A stretch of DNA of 64,000 nucleotides from an uncultured Succinivibrionaceae bacterium (GTDB lineage: Bacteria; Pseudomonadota; Gammaproteobacteria; Enterobacterales; Succinivibrionaceae). Position numbers and translations under genes: made by a program. The stretch covers positions 1-64,000 of the forward strand of contig CALXYT010000005.1 of the NCBI GenBank assembly GCA_944393045.1, written 5' to 3'. This document shows, in pieces, positions 50,796 to 59,419 of this stretch. Every line of letters starts with the position of its first letter. Within the stretch, counting starts at the first letter, position 1. Under the pieces are notes generated by a model, which saw nothing but the letters and a program-made list of their open reading frames with translations, searched no databases and was not told the origin of the DNA.

Positions 50796-52715
50796 GTGGC
50801 TATTTTAACTTTAAACGATCTTTATCTGTCTTATAGTGCAGCTCCGTTATTTGATCATGCAGACCTGGCAATTGAACAGACTGATCGCATTGCCATTGTT
50901 GGGCGCAATGGTGCTGGTAAATCTACTTTACTTAAGATTATTGCCCGAGAAATTACTCCTGATGAGGTGGTGCGTAATGAAAAACAAAACTTACGTATCG
51001 CTCGACTTGAGCAAGATCCTCCTGCTCATTTACCATTATCAGTTTATGCTTATGTAGCAAGTGGTATTCCTAAGGTAGGTAAGTTTTTAGCGCAGTTTTT
51101 TTTAATAACTCAAGATCTTGATGAGCAAAAGGATAATGAGCTTACTGATGATTTTGATGAATTATCTACGCAAATTGAGGAACTTGAGGGTTGGCAATAC
51201 GATATAATTATTCGTAGATTATTAAGCTTGCTTAATCTTGATCCTTTAACACCAATGTCCCAACTGTCTGGTGGCTGGCTTAGAAAAGTAGCTCTTGCTA
51301 AAGCTTTGGCTTATGAGCCTGATTTATTATTACTTGATGAGCCTACCAACCACTTGGATATTACCACTATTGAGTGGCTGCAAGAGTTTTTACAAAGTTT
51401 TAAAGGGGCGGTAGTATTTATTTCCCATGACCGTGCTTTTATTGATAATGTAGCAACAAGAATAGTTGATATTGACCGAGGAAGGATATCATGTTTTTCA
51501 GGGAAATTTGCTCGCTATAAAGCTGAAAAAGAAGAAGCTATGCGTCTTGAGCAATTAGCTAATGAGGACTTTGATAGAATTTTAGGGCAAGAAGAGGCGT
51601 GGATTAGAAAAGGTATTAAAGCTCGCTTAACTAGATCTGATAGCCGAGTCAGAAGACTTAAAGAAATGCGTGCTGAGCATAAGAATCGCCGTGCTCGTAT
51701 AGGTAATGTTAATTTACGTATTGATGATAAAGAAACTTCAGGTAAAATTGTTTTAGAACTGGAAAATTTATCATTTAAGCTTGGTGATAAGGAACTTATT
51801 CGTAATTTTAATGCCTTAGTAATGCGTGGTGATAAAATTGGGATAGTTGGTAATAATGGTTGTGGTAAAACCAGCCTTATTAAGCTTATCCTAGGTGAAT
51901 ATACTGATTATCAAGGCAAGTTAAAGCTTGGAAGTAATTTACAGATAGCGTATTTTGATCAATATCGTGAGCAACTTGACCCTGAAAAAACAGTAATGGA
52001 TAATTTAGCGCATGGTAAGACTATGGTCGATGTTGCAGGTAAGCAGCAGCATGTGCTCGGTTATTTACAGGATTTTTTATTTTCACCACAAAGAAGCCGT
52101 ACACCTGTTAAAGCTTTAAGTGGTGGTGAAAAGAATAGATTATTATTAGCAAGAATCTTTTTAAAGCCTTGCAATTTACTGATACTTGATGAACCTACTA
52201 ACGATCTTGATATGGAAACGTTAGATTTATTAGAAGAGCTGTTAGTAGATTTTAAGGCAACACTAATAGTAGTAAGTCATGACCGTTACTTCTTAGATAA
52301 TGTCGTAACTGAGACCTGGTATTTTAAAGGTGATGGCTCGGTAGAAGAATTTATCGGTGGGTATTCTGATTTAAAAGAAGCTCTAACAGCCAGAGCAGTG
52401 CAGGAGCAGGCAAAGAGCGAGGAAGATACTTCTATAAATAATTCTACGAAACAGAATAAAAAGACTTTAGTTGGTATTGAAAGAAAGCGTAAGTTATCTT
52501 TCAATGAAAAACGAGAGCTTGAACGTTTACCAGAAAGGATTCAGGAGCTTGAACAGCAAATTGCTGATTTTGAGTCGCTATTTGCAAGCAGTGCTTATGG
52601 CCAAAAATCAGCAAGTGATATTAAAGAAATCACACAAAATTATAATGAGGCGAATGAAGAATTGACTAGATCATATACTCGCTGGGAAGAATTAGAAGCA
52701 ATTGCACAAGGATAA
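50796..52715 (+). CDS. uup: ABC-F family ATPase Uup
   Basis: Two ABC cassettes (GRNGAGKSTLLK / LSGGWLRKVALAKAL / LLLDEPTNHLD, and GNNGCGKTSLIK / LSGGEKNRLLLARI / LILDEPTNDLD) plus a C-terminal coiled-coil domain. GTG start. Follows rlmL, as in E. coli. Confidence 0.9.
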   Translation: MAILTLNDLYLSYSAAPLFDHADLAIEQTDRIAIVGRNGAGKSTLLKIIAREITPDEVVRNEKQNLRIARLEQDPPAHLPLSVYAYVASGIPKVGKFLAQFFLITQDLDEQKDNELTDDFDELSTQIEELEGWQYDIIIRRLLSLLNLDPLTPMSQLSGGWLRKVALAKALAYEPDLLLLDEPTNHLDITTIEWLQEFLQSFKGAVVFISHDRAFIDNVATRIVDIDRGRISCFSGKFARYKAEKEEAMRLEQLANEDFDRILGQEEAWIRKGIKARLTRSDSRVRRLKEMRAEHKNRRARIGNVNLRIDDKETSGKIVLELENLSFKLGDKELIRNFNALVMRGDKIGIVGNNGCGKTSLIKLILGEYTDYQGKLKLGSNLQIAYFDQYREQLDPEKTVMDNLAHGKTMVDVAGKQQHVLGYLQDFLFSPQRSRTPVKALSGGEKNRLLLARIFLKPCNLLILDEPTNDLDMETLDLLEELLVDFKATLIVVSHDRYFLDNVVTETWYFKGDGSVEEFIGGYSDLKEALTARAVQEQAKSEEDTSINNSTKQNKKTLVGIERKRKLSFNEKRELERLPERIQELEQQIADFESLFASSAYGQKSASDIKEITQNYNEANEELTRSYTRWEELEAIAQG

Positions 52716-52723
52716 GATGTTAA

Positions 52724-54505
52724 ATGAAGATTAAAGCAGCGCTTGGGGCGTTAATTTTTGGGGTGGCAACTCCAGTTGTAGCAGCAACTACGCCTTTTTA
52801 TAACATTGAAGTGGTTAATAGTGGAACATATGATTTTAAGTATGGTCCTTTTGCGAAGGCTTTAAGTGAAGGGGAAACCCCAAAAGCAACATCAATGCTC
52901 TTAAAAAATAATATGTTTAATTATTTTTTATTAGCACCACATCAATATGACTTCGGGCAAAGAATGAACCGTAAAAGAGGTTGCTCTGCGCTTCAGAGTG
53001 ATGTTTGTGGGGCTTATTGGGATGGCATAGGTAATACTATGGCATCAGCTTGGAATCATGATATTGTTTATTATACCCCTCAGCAGAAATCACTAATCAA
53101 TAATGAGGCAACCACAGTCTTTACTGAAAATCAGATGATTTATAATAAGATTGCCTCTGATGGCGTATCAGGTGTTGGTTTTAAGGTTGATGAAGCAACA
53201 AAGACTAATATTTCTCGCCATGAGGTTTATGGTATTGCTAAATTTAATAATAAGACCTTTATTTTAAAAAGCCCAATAAGCTATACCTATCGAGGACAGG
53301 ATATTGGTGGATATGCTACGGCACTAACTTATTTAGAGCTTGATAGTGGTAAAATCCTAGTTGGTGGCTATGCATCTTATGATAGAAATCATGAAGATGA
53401 CTGGTTTGAGGATTGTTACGGATCATATGATTACGATAACGATTATATTTATTATTATTCTTGTCCTTCTTTCAAGATGCAGGCTACTTTATGGTTAATT
53501 GATCCTGAAAATGATCTTGATAATGCCCAAATTATCGGAACTCAGGCGCCTGAATATTATAATTATAGTACCACTGATGATGAGTTAGCAGAAGCTGCAG
53601 TAACTAACTTAGTTAAGTTTAATGATAAGATTGTAGCATTAGGTTATTTGCCTACTGATGAATGGGGGATAACTTCTCTTGCTGTATATTGGGAAATAGC
53701 TCTTGATGAGGCTAATAATAAGGTAAGTTTTAATGGACGTAAGACCTTCAGAAACCTTGAAGATCCAGGTGAGGGCGATGAAAGACATGACTATACATAC
53801 GCTCAAGATGCTAACACCCAAGGTTATGCAATCATTAATACTCAGTATGATAAATCAGTAAACTCTAATTACCCTGCAATTTTTGGGATAAGTAAGTTTA
53901 CTGCTGATTTAAATACTGAAAGCATTTATATGCCACTTGAAAATAATCCTATTCGTGGCGCAAACTCTGTTGCCGAGGATATTAACAATAATAACTTTAT
54001 TGTAGGTTTTCGTGATGCTCGTGGTGAAATTTCTCCTGTAAATGAAAGTGTGGCACGTAGTTCTGAAGGCTTTTTATTTGATATTGAAACTAATAAAGCT
54101 TATTACTTAAATGATACTATCTGCCATATTACTGATAGTGGCGATGCTGACTGTTCTCAAAATGGTAAGTATTACTTTATTGAATGGGCAGTAGCTATTA
54201 ACGATGAGCAGATAGTGCTTGCCTCAGGTTATGAGTATGATTCCTATAATGATTGGGTAAATCGTGAAAATGCTCGTATTGTAACTATGAAACTTGTGCC
54301 AAGTGAAACAGCTTATATAGTTGATCCAAATAATAAGGTGTTAATTAATACCTCATCTGAAAACCCATCTCCAATGGTGTATTACAATCGCCCACAAGAA
54401 AGCTTTGCAGATGATGGTAATGGTGGCGCTATTGGGTCATTTATTCTCATGCTTTTAGGGGGTTTTGTAGGATTAAATTTATTTAGACGTAAAAAGCAGG
54501 TCTAA
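52724..54505 (+). CDS. DUF3466-like secreted protein with a probable GlyGly-CTERM sorting signal
   Basis: Signal peptide ending VVAATTPF. 593 aa is within the DUF3466 size range. The C-terminus GNGGAIGSFILMLLGGFVGLNLFRRKKQV has a Gly-Gly motif, a hydrophobic helix and a basic tail, which is the GlyGly-CTERM/rhombosortase-target architecture. Confidence 0.55.
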   Translation: MKIKAALGALIFGVATPVVAATTPFYNIEVVNSGTYDFKYGPFAKALSEGETPKATSMLLKNNMFNYFLLAPHQYDFGQRMNRKRGCSALQSDVCGAYWDGIGNTMASAWNHDIVYYTPQQKSLINNEATTVFTENQMIYNKIASDGVSGVGFKVDEATKTNISRHEVYGIAKFNNKTFILKSPISYTYRGQDIGGYATALTYLELDSGKILVGGYASYDRNHEDDWFEDCYGSYDYDNDYIYYYSCPSFKMQATLWLIDPENDLDNAQIIGTQAPEYYNYSTTDDELAEAAVTNLVKFNDKIVALGYLPTDEWGITSLAVYWEIALDEANNKVSFNGRKTFRNLEDPGEGDERHDYTYAQDANTQGYAIINTQYDKSVNSNYPAIFGISKFTADLNTESIYMPLENNPIRGANSVAEDINNNNFIVGFRDARGEISPVNESVARSSEGFLFDIETNKAYYLNDTICHITDSGDADCSQNGKYYFIEWAVAINDEQIVLASGYEYDSYNDWVNRENARIVTMKLVPSETAYIVDPNNKVLINTSSENPSPMVYYNRPQESFADDGNGGAIGSFILMLLGGFVGLNLFRRKKQV

Positions 54506-54729
54506 ATAAAAAAGTAGATCTAAATAGCACTTACGTAAAAATCTAACAAAATATTTTAAAGCATAGCGCATAGTCGTTATGCTTTTTTTTTACTATTTCC
54601 TACCTTTTATATAGAGCTTTATCTTTTATTTGTGCTACATTATGATATGATAAACTAAGTAGTAATAGTCATACCTATCAGATGCCTGGTGGTTTTTGAT
54701 AGGTATGATTAGTATATTATGAGGAATTT

Positions 54730-55626
54730 ATGGAGAGCGTTTTATTAGAAGAATTAAAGAATATTAGAATTTGGGAAAAACAATATACCTTTGACTTGCA
54801 TACTCATACCAAGGCATCTGATGGATTTTATGCCCCAAAAGATTTGGTAGAACTTGCGCATCATAAGCGTATTGATGTGTTAGGCATAACAGATCATGAT
54901 ACTTGTTTGGGGGTGTATGAGGCTATAGAGGCTGGTAAACAGTATGGGCTGCATATTGTAGCAGGCATTGAGCTTTCTACTATGTGGTTAGGTAGACAAA
55001 TTCATATCACAGGTTTGGCAATAAATCCTGATGATGAGAAATTAAATGCTCTTATTCAATTACAAAAAGATAAACGTCATGCTCGAGCAATCAAGATAGG
55101 GGAGCAGCTTGCAAAATGTGGTTTTAAAGATGCTTATGAAAGAACTAAAGCCATGGCGCAAGATGGCGCTACTTTAACAAGAGGTAACTTTGCGGCATTT
55201 TTATTTGAGCAGGGAGCAGCTCCTACTATCGATAAGTGTTTTAAGCAGTACTTAGCTCGTGGCTGTATAGGTTATGTTATGGCTGACTGGGTTTCTATTG
55301 GGGAGGCGATAGAGGCTATTAAGGGGGCAGGTGGTATTGCGATACTTGCTCACCCAAAGAGATATAATATTAATAATAAATGGCTCTTAAAACTTATTAC
55401 TGAATTTAAGCAGGCAGGTGGTGAGGGCATGGAGGTTAGTGGTGCTATGCAGGCAAGTGGTGAACGCGAATTATTAGCATCGCTTTGTCAGAAACATGAG
55501 CTTTATGCCTCATGCGGCTCTGATTTTCATAGAGAAAAAGCGTATTTAGATTTAGGTATTAATTTAACTATTCCACCACTAGCAACTCCAATTTGGCATC
55601 ACCCAAAATTTAAGATAGAGTGTTAA
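54730..55626 (+). CDS. yciV: PHP-domain 5'-3' exoribonuclease (TrpH/YciV, RNase AM)
   Basis: DLHTHTKASDG…GITDHDT PHP metal-binding motifs. Followed by yciO, as in E. coli. Confidence 0.8.
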   Translation: MESVLLEELKNIRIWEKQYTFDLHTHTKASDGFYAPKDLVELAHHKRIDVLGITDHDTCLGVYEAIEAGKQYGLHIVAGIELSTMWLGRQIHITGLAINPDDEKLNALIQLQKDKRHARAIKIGEQLAKCGFKDAYERTKAMAQDGATLTRGNFAAFLFEQGAAPTIDKCFKQYLARGCIGYVMADWVSIGEAIEAIKGAGGIAILAHPKRYNINNKWLLKLITEFKQAGGEGMEVSGAMQASGERELLASLCQKHELYASCGSDFHREKAYLDLGINLTIPPLATPIWHHPKFKIEC

Positions 55627-55628
55627 AA

Positions 55629-56249
55629 ATGGCAAAAATTATAGCAATTCATCCTGTCACCCCACAGCAGCGTAATGTTGCGCAAGTAACAGAACTTCTG
55701 TGTGAAGGAGTAGTAGCTGTTTTACCAACAGATTCAGGTTATGCTCTTGCTTGTACTTTAGAGAATAAACAGGCACGTGAGCGTATTTGTCATATTAGAG
55801 ATGTTGATAAATATCATAACTTTACGCTACTTTGTGCTGATTTAAGTGAACTTTCATTATACGCACATGTAGATAATCAAGTATTCAGGTTAATTAAGAA
55901 TAATACCCCAGGACCTTATACTTTTATTTTAAAAGCTACCAAAGAAGTGCCTCGTAAGCTTATGAACGAAAAGCGTAAAACTATCGGGCTTCGAGTTCCT
56001 TCAAATCCGATATTAAAAGAAATTTTAAAATCCTTAAATGAACCGTTAATGAGTGTATCACTTATTTTACCAGGTAGTGAAATGGCAGAAAACGATCCTT
56101 ATGAAATCGATGATAAACTCGGTAATTTAGTAGATCTTATAGTTGATGGTGGTTATTTAGTCGAAAAACCTACCACAGTTGTAAGCATGATTGATGGCAA
56201 TATTGAGATTGTGCGTGAAGGTTCAGGCGATATAACTCCTTTTAAGTAA
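55629..56249 (+). CDS. yciO: YciO/TsaC (Sua5/YrdC)-family protein
   Basis: YrdC-fold motifs (VAVLPTDSGYALAC, TVVSM…). ATG at 55629; the ORF track starts at a GTG at 55620. Confidence 0.75.
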   Translation: MAKIIAIHPVTPQQRNVAQVTELLCEGVVAVLPTDSGYALACTLENKQARERICHIRDVDKYHNFTLLCADLSELSLYAHVDNQVFRLIKNNTPGPYTFILKATKEVPRKLMNEKRKTIGLRVPSNPILKEILKSLNEPLMSVSLILPGSEMAENDPYEIDDKLGNLVDLIVDGGYLVEKPTTVVSMIDGNIEIVREGSGDITPFK

Positions 56250-56321
56250 TGCATTAAAGGAATGTTAGACTGTTTGCTCTTAAAAGTTTACTTCTTTAAA
56301 AGTGCTCTTTTTTAAAAGTTT

Positions 56322-56345
56322 AATCCCTCATACTTATGAGGGATT
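56322..56345. terminator. Palindromic hairpin between convergent yciO and trhP, possibly a bidirectional terminator
   Basis: Near-perfect 11-bp inverted repeat aatccctcata / tatgagggatt, with T/A-rich flanks on both sides. Confidence 0.45.
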
Positions 56346-56387
56346 AAAGTCTATGCAGGAATAAACTCTATGCTTGTAAGTAAAGAG

Positions 56388-57734
56388 TTATTTTGAGGCT
56401 CTTGTAGTAAGCCCATCTTTAAAACGGCGCACTAAAATTGCCATATGCGCAAGCTTGTCATCTAAAGGTGCTTTAAAATATACGATATGACCATCGCCTT
56501 TTGCGATATCTATTGGGTTATCCTTTTTATCAAAAAGATTATCTAAAGTAATGGTGTAGTTTTTTGTTGGGGTAAGAATTTCTAAGGTATCACCAAGCTC
56601 AAAGTGATTGCGCACTAACACTTCCCATTTGCCATTCTTAATGCCAGAGACTTCTCCAACAAATTGACTTTTATCAGAGATGCTATAACCATAATCATAG
56701 TTTTGGTATTGATTGATAGGTTTACGTACTAAAAAGCCATCGGTATAGCCTCGATGCGCTAAACTTTCAAGTTCAGCTTTTAACTCTTCAATAATATCCT
56801 CATTATTTAATGCTGCATCAATAGCACGGCGATAAACGCTTGCTGTTCTTGCGCAGTAGTAAAATGATTTAGTACGTCCTTCAATCTTTAATGAATCAAC
56901 GCCAATTTCGCATAAACGCTTAACATGCTCAACAGCTCGCAAATCACGAGAGTTCATAATATAAGTGCCGTGTTCATCCTCATCGCATGGCATAAGTTCC
57001 CCAACACGCTTAGGCTCTTCAATTAAAAAACTATGCTCTGTTATTTTATCAGTGCCTAAATCAGGAGTTTTTAAAGTTTCATTCGGACAATAAAGGTTAC
57101 CAGCATCATCAAGAGCTGCTTTTTTAAGTTTATACTCCCATCTGCAAGCATTAGTGCAGGCACCTTGATTAGAATCACGGTGATTTAAGTAGCCACTTAA
57201 TAAGCATCTACCGGAATAGGCCATACATAATGCCCCATGAATAAAGACCTCAAGTTCAATATCAGGGCATTCCTGTCTTATTTGAGTGATTTCTTCCAGG
57301 GTTAATTCACGTGATAAGATAATACGCTTTACACCTATTTTCTCCCAAAACTTCACTGCCTGATAATTTATGGTATTGGCCTGTACTGAAAGGTGAATAG
57401 GGATTTGCGGAAAGTTCTCAAGAGCGAGCATAATCATGCCAGGGTCTGACATAATTAAGGCATCAGGATTTAGATCTACTACCTCTTTAAGATCGCTGAC
57501 AAAGTTCTTAAGTTTTATGTTATGAGGCTGAATATTAGATACTACGTAAAGTTTTTTATTAACACTATGAAGCTCATCAATTGCTATTTTAAGGTTTTCA
57601 AGGTTAAATTCATTATTACGTACACGTAAACTATAACGAGGCTGACCTGCATAGATAGCATCTGCACCGTAAGCAGCTGCATAACGAAGATTTTTTAAGG
57701 TGCCAGCTGGTGATAAAAGTTCAGGTTTTTTCAT
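56388..57734 (-). CDS. trhP: Peptidase U32 family protein, YegQ/TrhP-type (tRNA hydroxylation-associated)
   Basis: 448 aa matches YegQ (453 aa) rather than YhbU. Conserved U32 N-terminal barrel (…IYAGQPRYSLR…) and a Cys-rich region. Confidence 0.7.
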   Translation of the reverse strand: MKKPELLSPAGTLKNLRYAAAYGADAIYAGQPRYSLRVRNNEFNLENLKIAIDELHSVNKKLYVVSNIQPHNIKLKNFVSDLKEVVDLNPDALIMSDPGMIMLALENFPQIPIHLSVQANTINYQAVKFWEKIGVKRIILSRELTLEEITQIRQECPDIELEVFIHGALCMAYSGRCLLSGYLNHRDSNQGACTNACRWEYKLKKAALDDAGNLYCPNETLKTPDLGTDKITEHSFLIEEPKRVGELMPCDEDEHGTYIMNSRDLRAVEHVKRLCEIGVDSLKIEGRTKSFYYCARTASVYRRAIDAALNNEDIIEELKAELESLAHRGYTDGFLVRKPINQYQNYDYGYSISDKSQFVGEVSGIKNGKWEVLVRNHFELGDTLEILTPTKNYTITLDNLFDKKDNPIDIAKGDGHIVYFKAPLDDKLAHMAILVRRFKDGLTTRASK

Positions 57735-57765
57735 AAAGACTCCGTAATAACCTTAAAATAACAGT

Positions 57766-57789
57766 AAACCCTATCAGTAGATAGGGTTT
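57766..57789 (-). terminator. Rho-independent terminator after rdgC
   Basis: Perfect 10-bp stem aaaccctatc / gatagggttt with loop agta. T-rich sequence follows on the minus strand. Confidence 0.55.
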
Positions 57790-57855
57790 GTAATTTTAGT
57801 ATATTATAGTGTCTTAGAACTTTTGACTCAAGTAGTGAGCAGGTTTTAAGGAAAA

Positions 57856-58758
57856 TTATTCCATTTCTCCACCAAAGGCCTCAATAAGGATTGGGATCAG
57901 TCTGGCGTATTCACCCCCCATAAGAGCAAGATCGGCATCTAATTGAGCTTGCGGATCAAGATCAACGCCTGCATTTTGTTCAACTAAAGTATCAGATAAT
58001 TTAATGCGCTTAATCGCAAAGTTTTCATCAATAATAAAGGAAATATCATCATTTACGCTTAAAGCTAAACTTGTTACTACTTTGCCTGCATCGATATGGA
58101 CAGTAATTTCCTCAGCACTTAAATCTTGCTTTTTAGCTCTAATAATAGAACCATCGCCATCGATATTCTTTAATTCAGTTTCATCCCCAATCTCAAAACC
58201 TTCCGGCGCATCACCTGTTTGTACCCACTTAGTTAAGCAGTCGGTAATTTCATTATTAAAGGCTAAAGGCTGAACCGGGAAGGAACCTAAACTCTTACGT
58301 AAAAGAGCCATAACATCTTCAGCGACTTTATCAGAAGAAGCGCTAACGATAACTAAATTGCTTTTAAGATTAACCCAGAGCCAGGTTTCACGGTGGGTAG
58401 CAAAGGCACGAGGTAATAAATTGATGATAATTTGTTCCTTAAGTTCAGTTTTTTCTTTTTTCTTAAGGGTTCTACCATGTTCTAACTCAAAGTTTTCTAC
58501 TTTTTCTGCTAATTCATCGTTAATAACGCTGGCAGGGAGCATTTTCTTTTCAGTGCGACATCTAAAAAATAGATCATCACCAATTTGATGGACTAAGGCA
58601 TCAGTATCTTTGCCTAAAACATCCACCCAGCCCATGCGCTCGAGATCTTGACCTTTGCATGGTACAAATCTATGTGTTGCTAAGAGCTTTTCAAGATCGG
58701 TAATATCATGCTTAAAAGGTTCTTGTAAACGGTATACCCTGATGTTTTTAAACCACAT
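57856..58758 (-). CDS. rdgC: Recombination-associated protein RdgC
   Basis: MWFKNIRVYRL… and collinearity throughout with E. coli RdgC (LLPRAF, LLRKSLGS(F/L)PV, IRAKKQDL(S/T)(A/S)EEIT.HI.AGKVVT.LAL). Confidence 0.9.
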   Translation of the reverse strand: MWFKNIRVYRLQEPFKHDITDLEKLLATHRFVPCKGQDLERMGWVDVLGKDTDALVHQIGDDLFFRCRTEKKMLPASVINDELAEKVENFELEHGRTLKKKEKTELKEQIIINLLPRAFATHRETWLWVNLKSNLVIVSASSDKVAEDVMALLRKSLGSFPVQPLAFNNEITDCLTKWVQTGDAPEGFEIGDETELKNIDGDGSIIRAKKQDLSAEEITVHIDAGKVVTSLALSVNDDISFIIDENFAIKRIKLSDTLVEQNAGVDLDPQAQLDADLALMGGEYARLIPILIEAFGGEME

Positions 58759-59419
58759 ATGTCCTCTTGTATGTTTTTTTTTGGCTTTATTGTAAATGGA
58801 AAGAAGCTAATACCATCAACTTATTATTTATAAGGGGTAAATAACTTTTCAGGTTTTGGTAAACGCTAAAAAAATATAAAGTAGCGCACTTTAAAAGTCA
58901 AATACTCTATGTGATTTATTAAGGATGAGTAACTATAATTATTTTTTAAGTTAAAGCGTAAAATGGAAAGTTAGAATCTTTAAAAAAACTTCTAAAAACC
59001 TTTGTTTAAAGGTAGCTTTAGGTAAGGCTTAATCGTTTAAAGAAGGCTTAAAGCTTAGCTTAAACAACGTTTGTTAAGGCAAATTTAAGTTTTGTTCTTA
59101 AAAACCTAGGTGATTTATGTAAAAATCATTATGAAAAAATTATCACTTTTTACTTAAAAGCTATAAGAGTAACTAGGCGGTAATATAAAAATAAATTCTC
59201 TAAAAATATCAATAAAATTATATAGTGATAATTTTTTAAGACATAAGGTAATTAAAGTGTGATCATATTAAAAAAGTAGATATTAACCATTTTTACAATG
59301 TAATTTTTTTGTGTAAAAAGGTATACAATAAACGTATTAAACGTGTTGCCCGTTTAGTTTTTTTTGAGTAGCTTATAGGGCCGGGATTTCTTTTTTAGTA
59401 AAGCAAAAGTCGATTTTTC

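Noticed and set aside
57856-58758. Initial impression that this 300-aa protein was the nucleoid-associated YejK/NdpA
   Set aside because: Residue-level comparison fits RdgC instead (MWFKN(I/L)(R/M)VYRL…, LLPRAF, IRAKKQDL), not YejK.
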